Positions 36,850 through 46,654 of a stretch of DNA of 56,853 nt are shown here, in pieces; positions within the stretch are counted from its first letter, which is position 1; the number at the start of each line of letters is the position of its first letter. The notes beneath the pieces were generated by a model. It was given only the letters and a program-made list of their open reading frames with translations, was not told the DNA's origin and searched no databases. Source of the DNA: Akkermansia muciniphila (GTDB taxonomy: Bacteria > Verrucomicrobiota > Verrucomicrobiia > Limisphaerales > JADLHS01); contig CAMCWI010000001.1 of NCBI GenBank assembly GCA_945882065.1, forward strand, positions 1-56,853, read 5' to 3'. Made by a program: the position numbers and the translations under genes.

Positions 36850-37032
36850 CGAAACACCCAACAGAATCCAAAACCCGCACGCCAAATTGAACGCGAACAA
36901 AATGGACTGCGCATAATTGTGACCACGGCTTTGATACCGGAATACTGCCGTAATGCCCCCACGCTCCGCCATACCTCGATTGAGGTATATTCACGATTGC
37001 CCAAACCCTTACACTTCGTTACAAGTCAAACC

Positions 37033-38373
37033 ATGAAACATTCTGAGCAACCAACCAAACTATCCCGTCGCCACTTCCTCGCCATCACTGGGCTTGCCGC
37101 AGCAGCGCCGAACTTCTTCCCGTCCAGCGCACTCGGGCGCGATGGCAAAACTGCCCCTTCCAATCGCATCGTCATGGGCGTTGTCGGCTGGGGCATGCAA
37201 GGGCCGGGCGACACAAAGGCGTGCATGGCGCACAGCGATTGCCAAGTCGTTGCTGCCTGCGACATCGACAAAAACCACCTGAAGAAGGCCGTCGAAACCA
37301 TCAACAAGCAATATAACAACCAGGACTGCGCTGCCTACTCAGACTACAAACAAATGATGGCGCGAACGGACATTGATGCCGTCATTCTCGCTGTCCCTGA
37401 TAACTGGCACGCACTGATCTCCATCGAAGCTGCGAGGAACAAGAAGGACATTTACGGCGAAAAACCTTTGGCTCGCACCATCGCAGAACAACAGGCCATC
37501 GTAAAAGCCGTTCAAGACAACAACCGCATCTGGCAAACAGGCTCTTGGCAACGCTCTGAAAAGAATTTTCATTACGGCGCAGAAATCGTCCGCAACGGGT
37601 TGATCGGAAAAATTCAACGTGTGGAAGTCGGGCTTCCGTCGGGACACGCAGACTTTGCTGGAACCAAAGACAAGACGGCTATAACCGCTCCGCCTGCTGA
37701 ACTTGATTACGAAAAGTGGATTGGACCGTCCAAGATGGAGCCCTATATCGAAGGCCGCGTTCACAAGAACTGGCGCTGGAATTACAATATCGGCGGCGGC
37801 CAGTTGCTCGACTGGATCGGTCATCATTGCGACATCGCGCATTGGGGCTTGGACTTCGACAACAACGGCCCTCTCGAAATCGAAGGCCAGGGTGAATTCC
37901 CGCCAGCCGACGCAATGTGGAACACCTGCACTAAATATCGCATCAACGCGAAATATCCCGGTGACATCGAAATGGTGATCGCAGGCGGCCACTCCGACAT
38001 CAAGGGTGGCACGAAATGGATTGGCGACAAAGGCTGGGTCTGGGTAAATCGCGGAAATGCCTTTGAATCGTCAAATCCGGATTGGTCCGACTCTCGTAGC
38101 CTTCCCGAAAACTTGCGCAAAGTGAAACTCCACCGCACAGAAGGCGGCAATCCACATCAACGCAACTTCATCGATTGTATCAAGTCACGCAAACCCACCA
38201 TCGCCCCTGTTGAAGCGGCGCATCACTCAGCCATACCTGGCCACCTCGGCCTCATTGCGATGATGACCGGTCGCAAAATCAAGTGGGATGCTCAGAAAGA
38301 AGTGATCATCGGAGATTCAGAAGCCAGCAAGCTGCTCTCGCGCGACTACCGGAAATATTACAGGCTGCCCTGA
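37033..38373 (+). CDS. Periplasmic (Tat-exported) Gfo/Idh/MocA-family oxidoreductase
   Basis: ATG at 37033 gives MKHSEQPTKLSRRHFLAITGLAAAAP, a twin-arginine signal. VMGVVGWGMQG, AVPDNWHALISIEAARNKKDIYGEKP and DWIGHHCDIAHW are present. Confidence 0.9.
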   Translation: MKHSEQPTKLSRRHFLAITGLAAAAPNFFPSSALGRDGKTAPSNRIVMGVVGWGMQGPGDTKACMAHSDCQVVAACDIDKNHLKKAVETINKQYNNQDCAAYSDYKQMMARTDIDAVILAVPDNWHALISIEAARNKKDIYGEKPLARTIAEQQAIVKAVQDNNRIWQTGSWQRSEKNFHYGAEIVRNGLIGKIQRVEVGLPSGHADFAGTKDKTAITAPPAELDYEKWIGPSKMEPYIEGRVHKNWRWNYNIGGGQLLDWIGHHCDIAHWGLDFDNNGPLEIEGQGEFPPADAMWNTCTKYRINAKYPGDIEMVIAGGHSDIKGGTKWIGDKGWVWVNRGNAFESSNPDWSDSRSLPENLRKVKLHRTEGGNPHQRNFIDCIKSRKPTIAPVEAAHHSAIPGHLGLIAMMTGRKIKWDAQKEVIIGDSEASKLLSRDYRKYYRLP

Positions 38374-38438
38374 TCCGGAATAATGGTGTTAACGGGATGC
38401 TGCGGGAGAACTCCACTCTCGCAGCGTTTTTATTTCAG

Positions 38439-39899
38439 CTACCCGAGAATTTTTTCCACCACATGTCCGTGGACATCCGTGAGCCTGAATTGCCGCCCTT
38501 GATAAGTGTAAGTCAGCCTTTCGTGATCGAAGCCAAGGCAATGCAGAATCGTCGCCTGCAAATCATGCACATGCACTTCGTCTTGGACGACGTGGAATCC
38601 CATCTCATCGGTCGCACCGTGTGTCAGACCAGCTTTGATTCCGCCGCCAGCCAGCCAGACGGTGAATGCCGAAGGATGATGATCCCGCCCAAGACTGCGC
38701 CCGAGCGCGGCGTTGCTTTCCACCATCGGCGTGCGACCAAACTCCCCGCCCCAGATTACGAGCGTTTCATCGAGCAAGCCTCGTTGCTTGAGGTCTTTGA
38801 TCAATGCGGCCGATGCTTTGTCAGTCTTGCCACAATTGTCCTTCAAGTTTCCAATCACGTCTGAGTGCGCGTCCCAACCCTCGTGATAGATATTGATGAA
38901 GCGCACGCCGCGCTCGATCATCCGCCGCGCCAGCAGACAGGCCCGGGCGAAACTCGGCTTGTCAGGATCGCAACCGTACATCTCCAGCGTCTCCTTGCTC
39001 TCCTTCTTCAAGTCCATCAAGTCCGGCGCGGAGGTCTGGAGGCGATACGCCATTTCGTAGGACGCGATGCGCGATTCGATCTCCGGATCGCCCACGATGC
39101 CCAGCCGCGCGTGATTCATTTCTTCGATCAAGTCCAGCGACGCGCGTTGAAGTTTTGGGTCAACCCCTTTCGGACTGCTGAGGTTCAGAATGGGGTCGCC
39201 TTGATTCCGAAATCGCACGCCCGCATACAGCGAAGGCATGAATCCGCTGGACCAGTTCGCCGAACCGCCGCTGATGCCAGACCCCGTGGACATCACCACA
39301 TACGCTGGCAAGTCCTGACTTTCACTACCCAAGCCGTAAATCACCCATGAGCCAAGGCTGGGGCGACCGGGTTGCGCAAATCCCGTGTTCAGAAAAATCT
39401 GGCCCGGCGCATGGTTGAACTGATCCGTCTTCATGGACTTGATCAGGCAGATGTCATCCACCACTTCGGCGAGATGCGGCAACGCCTCGGAAATTTCCGC
39501 ACCAGACTTTCCATGTTTGCCAAATTTGTATTGCGGCCCCAGCACCGCTGCATCAGGCCGGATGAACGCATACCGTTGACCGGCGATCACTGATGGCGGC
39601 AGGGGTTTGCCCGCAAGTTTGGCGAGTTCGGGTTTGTTGTCGAACAGGTCAAGCTGGCTCGGCGCACCAGACATGAACAGATGAATGACGTGCTTGGCCT
39701 TGCCGGGAAAATGCGGCGCGCGGGGGTTGAAAGCATCACCCGCCGCAGGTGCCGCCGCGATTGCTTTTGTTACGAACGAATCGGTGAGCAGCGAAGCAAG
39801 AGCTACTTTGCCAAGACCGAGGCCGCATTCTTTCAGAAACCACCGGCGCGAATTCACCTGCGGATTGCTGCATGCGTAAAGATGATCGTGGCAATTCAT
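38439..39899 (-). CDS. DUF1501 domain protein (sulfatase-like) with a Tat-type signal
   Basis: NSRRWFLKECGLGLGKVALASLL, HLFMSGAPSQLDLFD, WDAHSD, GGEFGRTP and GRDHHP are present. Confidence 0.9.
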   Translation of the reverse strand: MNCHDHLYACSNPQVNSRRWFLKECGLGLGKVALASLLTDSFVTKAIAAAPAAGDAFNPRAPHFPGKAKHVIHLFMSGAPSQLDLFDNKPELAKLAGKPLPPSVIAGQRYAFIRPDAAVLGPQYKFGKHGKSGAEISEALPHLAEVVDDICLIKSMKTDQFNHAPGQIFLNTGFAQPGRPSLGSWVIYGLGSESQDLPAYVVMSTGSGISGGSANWSSGFMPSLYAGVRFRNQGDPILNLSSPKGVDPKLQRASLDLIEEMNHARLGIVGDPEIESRIASYEMAYRLQTSAPDLMDLKKESKETLEMYGCDPDKPSFARACLLARRMIERGVRFINIYHEGWDAHSDVIGNLKDNCGKTDKASAALIKDLKQRGLLDETLVIWGGEFGRTPMVESNAALGRSLGRDHHPSAFTVWLAGGGIKAGLTHGATDEMGFHVVQDEVHVHDLQATILHCLGFDHERLTYTYQGRQFRLTDVHGHVVEKILG

Positions 39900-39908
39900 A
39901 ATAGTCTC

Positions 39909-42900
39909 TCAGCTCTTCGTGATCGCTTCATCCAGGTTCAACAACACTCGCGCGACGGTCGCCCATGCAGCTTGCTCGTTGAGCCGATCACCTTCTTTGA
40001 CATCGAGGATTTCCGCGACCTTCAATTCGCCATTGCTGAATCTTGCGAGTTGCGTCTGGTAAAATTGGGCGAGCTTTGTTTTTTCATCCTCAGAGACAGG
40101 TCGCGTGAGACAACGTCGCACAAGCAAGTCCACACGCTTTGAATCGTCTCCGTCTGTATTCGCTGCCATTTTCCCAAGTGCCCGTGCGAACTCAAGAAAT
40201 GCAGGGTCGTTGAGCAATGTAAGCGCTTGCAGCGGCGTGTTGGATCGCTCGCGTCGCGCAAGGCACGCTTCACCGCTCGGACCGTCGAAGGTCGCCGTCA
40301 TCGCGTAGGGAGCGGTGCGTTTGGCGAAAGTATAAAGCCCGCGCCGATAGCGATCAGGGCCGTCGCTGGTTTTCCAATCCAAAGCGCCATACGTGCCCTC
40401 GGAAGTAACTCCAGCCGGTTGTGGCGGGTAAACGCTCGGCCCACCAATTTTATCGGAGAACAATCCGCTGGCCACCAACGTAGCATCTCGCACCATCTCG
40501 GCATCCATACGCAATCTCGGCCCGCGCGTGAGCAACACATTCGACGGGTCGCGCTCGCGAAGTTCCGGCGTCACATCGCTCGCTTGCTGATACGTCGCGC
40601 TCATCACGATCAGCTTGTGCATCTTTTTCTGCGACCAACCTTGCTTTGAAAATTCTACCGCGAGCCAGTCGAGTAATTCCGGATGCGACGGAGACTCGCC
40701 TTGAAAACCAAAATCTTCCGTCGTGCGCACCAAGCCGCGCCCGAAGAAGGCTTCCCAATGCCGGTTCATGACCACGCGACTGGTTAGTGGATTCTTCGCG
40801 GATACCAGCCACTTCGCGAGGGCTATTCGATCCTTCGGTGACTTCTTCGGCAGTTGCGGCAGGAAGGCCGGAACACCCGCGGTCACTTCTTCTTTCGGTT
40901 GCAAGAACTCACCCCGATGATGCCGGAATGTGGGTCGTTCATTTCCAGCAGGTCGTTCTCGCATCACCAATGTCGTGGAAAATTCCGGTGCTTCTTTGCG
41001 CAGCTTTTCGATCTCGCGGCGCGACCGCGCATAATCTGGCGATAGTCGTTCAAATTGTTTGAACAACAACTCGCGCTCCGGTGATGCGTTGGTCTTCGCA
41101 ATCAACGAATCCAATTTCTCTTCACGCTGAAGCTTCACAAGGCTCGCGACAGCGTCGTTATCAAGCCCCGACGCTTTGGCGTTATCCTCTGCCGTCACCC
41201 AAACCCGAAACCGCCCAAGCCCGGAGGCATAATATTTCTCGCACACCATCTCCAACCTCAATTCACTCGTGCTGGTAACGTCTTGAGAGAATTGGAACAC
41301 AGCGTTATGCGTCTTGCCTTGACCTCCATTGACGGACCATCCGCTTTGCAAATCATCGTCAATCGCTTTTGCAGCGTTGTTTTTCTCGCTCGCATAGCTT
41401 TCCGATGCATTTGTCAAAACTACATCCATTCCGTCAGACTTGACCTTCAAACTGGAAAGCCAGAAATCTCCCTCTGGCCCTTCATGATCTACCGAACCCG
41501 GACCGCTCTTCGGCAATCGTTCATCCGGCAACATCTCCAAGCGGATCGCTTTCAACCCGACAGGTAGATTGCGAAACACCAAAGTGTAGTTATCGCTCTT
41601 TGTGAAATCGCCGGTCGCAAAAACGGAGTTGTCTTCCTGGATGGTTAGAATGGGCGCGCTGCTGGTAACGGCCACCGGGCGGAGTTGAGTCCACGTGGCG
41701 ACATTTGGCAACTGAGTTTTAATCCACTTCTGAAACCCTTGATCGCGCAGCTCCCGACGACGTTCTTCCGACACGAAGCTTTCTGGAAGTTCATTTCCAA
41801 GGCTGATGCGGAAGCGTCCTAAAAGCTGATTCCCGCCATAATTTTGAACGAGTCGTATAGTAATGCCGGCAGGTTTTTTTAGTTCGAGCGGTTCAGCCAA
41901 TATAAATATAGCGTGACGATGCCTTTGGTTTTTCCCCTCCTTGGCGGCAATACCCCAACCGGTATCGTGCTTGCCATCAATCGTGTTCTCCGCTGGCAAT
42001 CCATCCTGTGAATGATCCGCTTTGACGCTCTCGAACTTGATCTTGTGCGGCCTCCCCGATTCTCCCTGCTCTTGCCATTCCATTTCAAATTCGCTCAGGA
42101 CAAAATTCCCGCCTGCACCATACCCTGGCCCACCATTGCTTATCTTTTCATCAGGCATCGCTTCCAACTGAACATGCGTGATGCGTTGAGTCCCGGCTTC
42201 AAGTTTGATCGTGTAAACATCCTTGTCCGGCTTCTTGCCGGCGACTCGAAACGATCCATCATTCAAGAATTCGCCTTCTGCTCCCTCTTGCGAGGTGAAC
42301 AACGCCACGCCAGGCGTCTGCCACGCGATTTTCACTTCGAGCGGATACTTGTCCGGTAACACAGCCTCCAACGCGGCGACTTGCTGCTGATTTTTCTTAC
42401 GCTTCTCGGCGATGTCAGTCGCCACGACCGGGATCGTCGGCTCAACCGCGTTGTTGAGAAAAGCCAAGAAGCGGTAATACTCCGAGTGCTGGATGGGATC
42501 GTACTTGTGCGTGTGACATTGGGCGCAAGCCATCGTCAGGCCGAGCCACGCCGTTGATGTCACGTGGACTCGGTCCACCATGGAAAGAAAACGGTATTCA
42601 AGCGTATCAATGCCGCCTTCTTCATTGATCATCGTATTGCGATGAAACCCCGTGGCAACGATTTGATCCTGCGTCGCGTTGGGCAACATGTCGCCGGCGA
42701 GTTGTTCCAAAGTGAATTCATCGAATGGCATGTCCGCATTGAGCGAATTGATCACCCAATCACGCCAATGCCAGATGGAACGTGGTCGATCCTTCTCGTA
42801 GCCGTTTGTGTCCGCATACCGCGCCAGATCCAACCAGCGTCGCGCCCAGCGCTCGCCGTAATGCGGCGATGCGAGCAGCTTGTCCACCAGCTTTTCGTAT

Positions 42901-43550
42901 GCGCCAAACGAAGCATCATTCACAAACTCATCAGCCTGCTCTGGTGTGGGAGGCAATCCTGTGAGGTCAAGATAGACGCGACGCACCAAAGTGTATTTGT
43001 CGGCGACTGGCGAGGGCTTGAAGCCTTCCTTTTCCAATCGCGCCAGAACGAAGTGATCAATCGCATTTCGCGGCCAAACCCTATCTAAAACCTTCGGCAA
43101 CTTCACCTGCTTCGGCGGAACAAAAGACCAGTGCTCCTTGTATTCTGCGCCTTCAGCGATCCAGCGCTTAAGAATATCCTTTTGCTCAGACGTGAGAGGC
43201 TTCTTCGTTGCCGGTGGCGGCATCATATTCTCTTCGTCTTCGGTGAGAATGCGGGTCACCATTTCGCTCTTGTCCGGCTTACCAGGAATGATCGGAATCT
43301 CATCGGACTTGGCGGGTTTGACAGCTTCGTCGCGAACATCCAATCGTAACTTCGCCTTGCGCGCCGCTTCATCCGGGCCATGACAAGTAAAGCAGTGCTT
43401 CGAAAGAATTGGGCGAACGTCGCGTGTGAAATCAACTTTATCCGCTGAACCCACTGACTTTGACGACGAGTCCACCGCAAAACAGTTCGCCGCCACCAGA
43501 ACCGCGCCCGCACAGCACAACCTGTAAATTAGAAAAGTGAAATTCGTCAT
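39909..43550 (-). CDS. PSCyt1 / PSCyt2 (DUF1549) / two discoidin-like modules / PSD1 (DUF1553) protein
   Basis: Signal MTNFTFLIYRLCCAGAVLVAANCFA. FTRDVRPILSKHCFTCHGPDEAARKAKLRLD is present, with CFTCH encoded at 43380-43394. DUF1549: RRVYLDLTGLPPT...RWLDLARYADTNGYEKD. Central CAQCHTHKYDP. DUF1553: RNPLTSRVVMNRHWEAFFGRGLV...TNTPLQALTLLND. It lies 9 nt upstream of a DUF1501 gene, the canonical pairing. Confidence 0.9.
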   Translation of the reverse strand: MTNFTFLIYRLCCAGAVLVAANCFAVDSSSKSVGSADKVDFTRDVRPILSKHCFTCHGPDEAARKAKLRLDVRDEAVKPAKSDEIPIIPGKPDKSEMVTRILTEDEENMMPPPATKKPLTSEQKDILKRWIAEGAEYKEHWSFVPPKQVKLPKVLDRVWPRNAIDHFVLARLEKEGFKPSPVADKYTLVRRVYLDLTGLPPTPEQADEFVNDASFGAYEKLVDKLLASPHYGERWARRWLDLARYADTNGYEKDRPRSIWHWRDWVINSLNADMPFDEFTLEQLAGDMLPNATQDQIVATGFHRNTMINEEGGIDTLEYRFLSMVDRVHVTSTAWLGLTMACAQCHTHKYDPIQHSEYYRFLAFLNNAVEPTIPVVATDIAEKRKKNQQQVAALEAVLPDKYPLEVKIAWQTPGVALFTSQEGAEGEFLNDGSFRVAGKKPDKDVYTIKLEAGTQRITHVQLEAMPDEKISNGGPGYGAGGNFVLSEFEMEWQEQGESGRPHKIKFESVKADHSQDGLPAENTIDGKHDTGWGIAAKEGKNQRHRHAIFILAEPLELKKPAGITIRLVQNYGGNQLLGRFRISLGNELPESFVSEERRRELRDQGFQKWIKTQLPNVATWTQLRPVAVTSSAPILTIQEDNSVFATGDFTKSDNYTLVFRNLPVGLKAIRLEMLPDERLPKSGPGSVDHEGPEGDFWLSSLKVKSDGMDVVLTNASESYASEKNNAAKAIDDDLQSGWSVNGGQGKTHNAVFQFSQDVTSTSELRLEMVCEKYYASGLGRFRVWVTAEDNAKASGLDNDAVASLVKLQREEKLDSLIAKTNASPERELLFKQFERLSPDYARSRREIEKLRKEAPEFSTTLVMRERPAGNERPTFRHHRGEFLQPKEEVTAGVPAFLPQLPKKSPKDRIALAKWLVSAKNPLTSRVVMNRHWEAFFGRGLVRTTEDFGFQGESPSHPELLDWLAVEFSKQGWSQKKMHKLIVMSATYQQASDVTPELRERDPSNVLLTRGPRLRMDAEMVRDATLVASGLFSDKIGGPSVYPPQPAGVTSEGTYGALDWKTSDGPDRYRRGLYTFAKRTAPYAMTATFDGPSGEACLARRERSNTPLQALTLLNDPAFLEFARALGKMAANTDGDDSKRVDLLVRRCLTRPVSEDEKTKLAQFYQTQLARFSNGELKVAEILDVKEGDRLNEQAAWATVARVLLNLDEAITKS

Positions 43551-43557
43551 GACACCA

Positions 43558-44316
43558 TCACTTCAGCGTTTTGATTCGGATGTTCTTGAACTGAATCCTC
43601 ATCGGCGGGCCCGCATGGACCTGCAACGCCAGAATGCCACCGCGCGCAGACTTTGCCTCCTGTTCATCCGTCACATCCACCGTCAACTTGCCATTGATAA
43701 AATGTTGGAGATGATCCCCCTGAGCGATGACCACGTAATCGTTCCAGTCGCCATCCTTGATCACCGACTGGATCTCACTCGACACGCCGACTGATCCCGT
43801 CACTTCGATCTTGTGCTTCCCGGGTTTCTCCGCATCGTCACGAATCACAACCTTCTGGCCGCGCTCGGCAAGAATACCGCGTCCGCCTTCCTCGTAGAGA
43901 ATGCCGGAGTATTTCTTACCAACCTCCATGTCCGCTTGATAGCCATGCACCACGGAATGCCCCTTGTCATTGCTACGATACTGGATGCCAGAATTTCCCC
44001 AATCACTCTGGAAGCGATACGACAGACGTAACTCGAAATTTTCCACCATAAGATTGGTGTCCTTATCCTGTGCGATTAGAAAATTATTTCCCTTCGCCGG
44101 ATTGTTTATGGAAGTTGTGCCTGTGATTGCACCTTGCTCCACCGACCAATGATTCGTGCGCCCGGCCCAACCGCCGAGATCCTTGCCGTTGAAAAGAGAT
44201 TTGAAGCCAGGTTCAACCTCTTGCGACATGAGTGAACTGTTCAGCAAAGTCAGTGCGGCTGTGAGCGCAATGACCCAGAGAAGTTTGCCTGAAACGACGT
44301 TGGCGGATGTTTTCAT
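43558..44316 (-). CDS. Secreted stand-alone DUF1080 protein
   Basis: ATG at 44316 gives MKTSANVVSGKLLWVIALTAALTLL. The track start is at 44349. FKSLFNGKDLGGWAG...GNSGIQYRS...GILYEEGGRG...ILALQVHAGPPMRIQFKNIRIK is present. The stop lies 7 nt before the PSCyt gene start. Confidence 0.85.
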   Translation of the reverse strand: MKTSANVVSGKLLWVIALTAALTLLNSSLMSQEVEPGFKSLFNGKDLGGWAGRTNHWSVEQGAITGTTSINNPAKGNNFLIAQDKDTNLMVENFELRLSYRFQSDWGNSGIQYRSNDKGHSVVHGYQADMEVGKKYSGILYEEGGRGILAERGQKVVIRDDAEKPGKHKIEVTGSVGVSSEIQSVIKDGDWNDYVVIAQGDHLQHFINGKLTVDVTDEQEAKSARGGILALQVHAGPPMRIQFKNIRIKTLK

Positions 44317-44707
44317 AGTTTTGTTACGGCTCTTGTTAATCGAATTCACGCTCCAAGTCCACCCTCACAAACAAAGCCTAGGGAGACCGCCGTATTCAGA
44401 TGTTTCTTTGCTCGCGGTTATTCAGGAATTCACCTGAGCGTTTTCAGAGACACGCACATATCTCTTACTTCTCGCTAAATTCTAAAGCGACACAGTGCAT
44501 TTCAATCGCGATGAGATCGTTTTTAGGGCGGAACATCTAGCTGCACAAATTGGAAACTTTTTCTACTGGCTTTGGTGAACACTCCACACGACAGACGGTG
44601 TATCAAATCCTTTGAGACCTTCATCACCCTAAAACACTGCTCAGTTCACTAACCGCACCGCAACCTGTCAAACAAGACTTGTTGAAGCGGGGGAAAATGG
44701 ATTCCCT

Positions 44708-46518
44708 GTGATGAATTCAATCATGCAGCACAAACTAAAACAGCTTTCATTGTCATTCTGCCTCGTATTCGTTTTGATTGTTCGCGCCGCTTTCGCAACG
44801 GATCAACCTCAATGGGGCGAGGCTTGGACGCGCAACATGGTTTCCAAGGAGCGAGGATTGCCAGATTCATTTGATCCCAAAACCGGGCAGAACATCAAGT
44901 GGACCGGCGCGTTTTTGAATCAATGACCTCAAGCGCGGTTTAATTACGCTACAAGGTCGGCGGGCATTGTTGTTTTTTATTTTTTATTCGTGTGCCGGTT
45001 TTCTGCTGTTGGTTTTCTTCCTGACGTCGGCGGTGCTGGGCAAGTTTCTTGACGCGTCGTTGCTCGACGATGTCTGGCCGCAGGCCGTCATGGGCTTGTT
45101 GCGGGGGGGGCCACGCCGCTCGGAACACAAACACATTCAACGCCGGTCATCGCCGGTGGCCGGGTTTATATCGGCACGAACAACGGCGAGCCGCACGATC
45201 CGAAACATGCGGGTGATCGCGGCGTACTCATGTGCCTCGACGAAAAGACAGGCGCGTTACTCTGGCAACTCGTCGTGCCCAAGCGCGATGAAGACAACTA
45301 CATGGATTGGCCGCACATGGGCATGTCCTCCACTGCGACAGTTGAAGGCAACCGCGTTTATCTCGTGGACAATCGCGGGGCTGTGGTCTGCCTTGATGTC
45401 AAAGGCATGGCGAACGGCAACGATGGCCCGTTCCGTGATGAAGCCGGCTACATGACATCTCCCTCAACAACAAACGCGCCGCGCCAACAAATCGGCGCAG
45501 AGATGCGTCCCGAAATGTCGAGACCGCCGGTTGATGGGAAACTACTTCAACCCGGCCCGCTCGACGCGGACATCATCTGGAAATTTGATCTGGTCGCGGA
45601 CGCGGGAATCTGGCTGCACGACGCCGCGCACAGCTCCATCCTCCTACAACATGGCAATCATCTTTATCTAAGCACCGCCAACGGTGTGGATAAAACGCAC
45701 AAACGCATCCGCGCGCCTGACGCACCGAGCCTCGTGGTGATTGACAAGCACACTGGGCAGCTTCTTGGCCGTGATGACGAGCACATTGCCACAAATGTTT
45801 TCCACAACACCTAGGCATAGCCATCGCTCGGAAAGGTGGACGGACGCGAACTTGTTTTCTTCTGCGGCGGGAATGGAATGGTGTATGCCTTTGAACCCTT
45901 GCGAAAATCTCCGCCACAAGGGGAGGTTCGTCATTTGAAAAAAAGTGTTCCAGTTCGACTTCGATCCCAACGCACCAAAGACCGACATCCACAAGTTCAG
46001 CACCAATCGCCGTGAAGGCCCTAGTAACATTCACGGGATGCCAGTTTTCAAACACAACCAACTCTTCGTCGCTGGCGGCGGCGACCTCTGGTGGGGCAAG
46101 AACGAGGCGTGGCTCAAGTGCATTGACGCCACCAAGACCGTCGACATCACAACCAGCGGACTTGCCTGGTCGTATCCAGTCGAGAAGCACGTCATGTCAA
46201 CGGCGGCGGTAGCGGATGAGTTGGTTTTCATTGCAGACTGCGGGCGGAAGTTTCATTGCGTGGATGCAAAGACCGGCAAACCATATTGGACACATGAGAT
46301 TCAAGGTGAGGCGTGGGCCTCTCCCTACGTGGCCGACGGCAAGGTTTATCTCGGCACGCGCAGCGGAAACTTTTATGTCTTCGCTGCGAGCAAGGAAAAG
46401 AAAGTTCAAGCGGCACTGGAAGTTGACCACGCCCATCAGCGCCACAACCACGGCGGCAAATGGCGTGCTCTACGTCGCCACCATGACGCATCTCTACGCC
46501 GTGCAAAAACCCCGGTGA
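44708..46518 (+). pseudogene. PQQ-like / BamB-like beta-propeller repeat protein inactivated by at least five lesions
   Basis: Fragments 44708-44926, 45110-45814, 45821-45944, 45945-46428 and 46429-46518 together read as one propeller protein (THSTPVIAGGRVYIGTNN, GVLMCLDEKTGALLWQL, NRVYLVDNRGAVVCLD, ELVFFCGGNGMVYAFEP, ELVFIADCGRKFHCVDAKTGKPYW, GKVYLGTRSGNFYVF, ANGVLYVATMTHLYAV). Lesions: a 204-bp unrelated block at 44906-45109, in-frame TAG codons at 45812-45814 and 45818-45820, a +1 shift in the A7 run at 45938-45944, and a +1 shift near 46428. Confidence 0.82.
44906..45109. other. 204-bp block of unrelated sequence interrupting the PQQ-propeller pseudogene, origin unknown
   Basis: The flanks join to give KWT|ATPLGTQTHSTPVIAGG. 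The block has two in-frame stops, an atypical T-rich tract (tgttgttttttattttttattcg) and ends in a G8 run (45103-45110). I found no terminal inverted repeats or target duplication. Confidence 0.5.
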
Positions 46519-46654
46519 AGCGCGGGATTGTTTGAAGTCGCTCCGAGATCAACAACCTCGTTTGCCATCTACTAAATAAAACCGCGCACAGTTGTCGCCA
46601 AAGATTCCATCATGCTCAGTCGCTGAAAATTTCTGCGCCCAGCTATATCTGTTA

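Noticed and set aside
44906-45109. Calling the 204-bp block an IS element or MITE
   Set aside because: I saw no terminal inverted repeats, no target-site duplication and no transposase ORF. It is reported only as an unexplained insertion.
44949-45455. ORFs 44949-45140 (minus strand, 63 aa) and 44967-45455 (plus strand, 162 aa) as real genes
   Set aside because: Both straddle the insertion and pseudogene fragments. The plus-strand ORF is out of frame with the obvious propeller sequence and is Arg/Ser/Thr-rich. The minus-strand ORF is a short basic tail with no start context.
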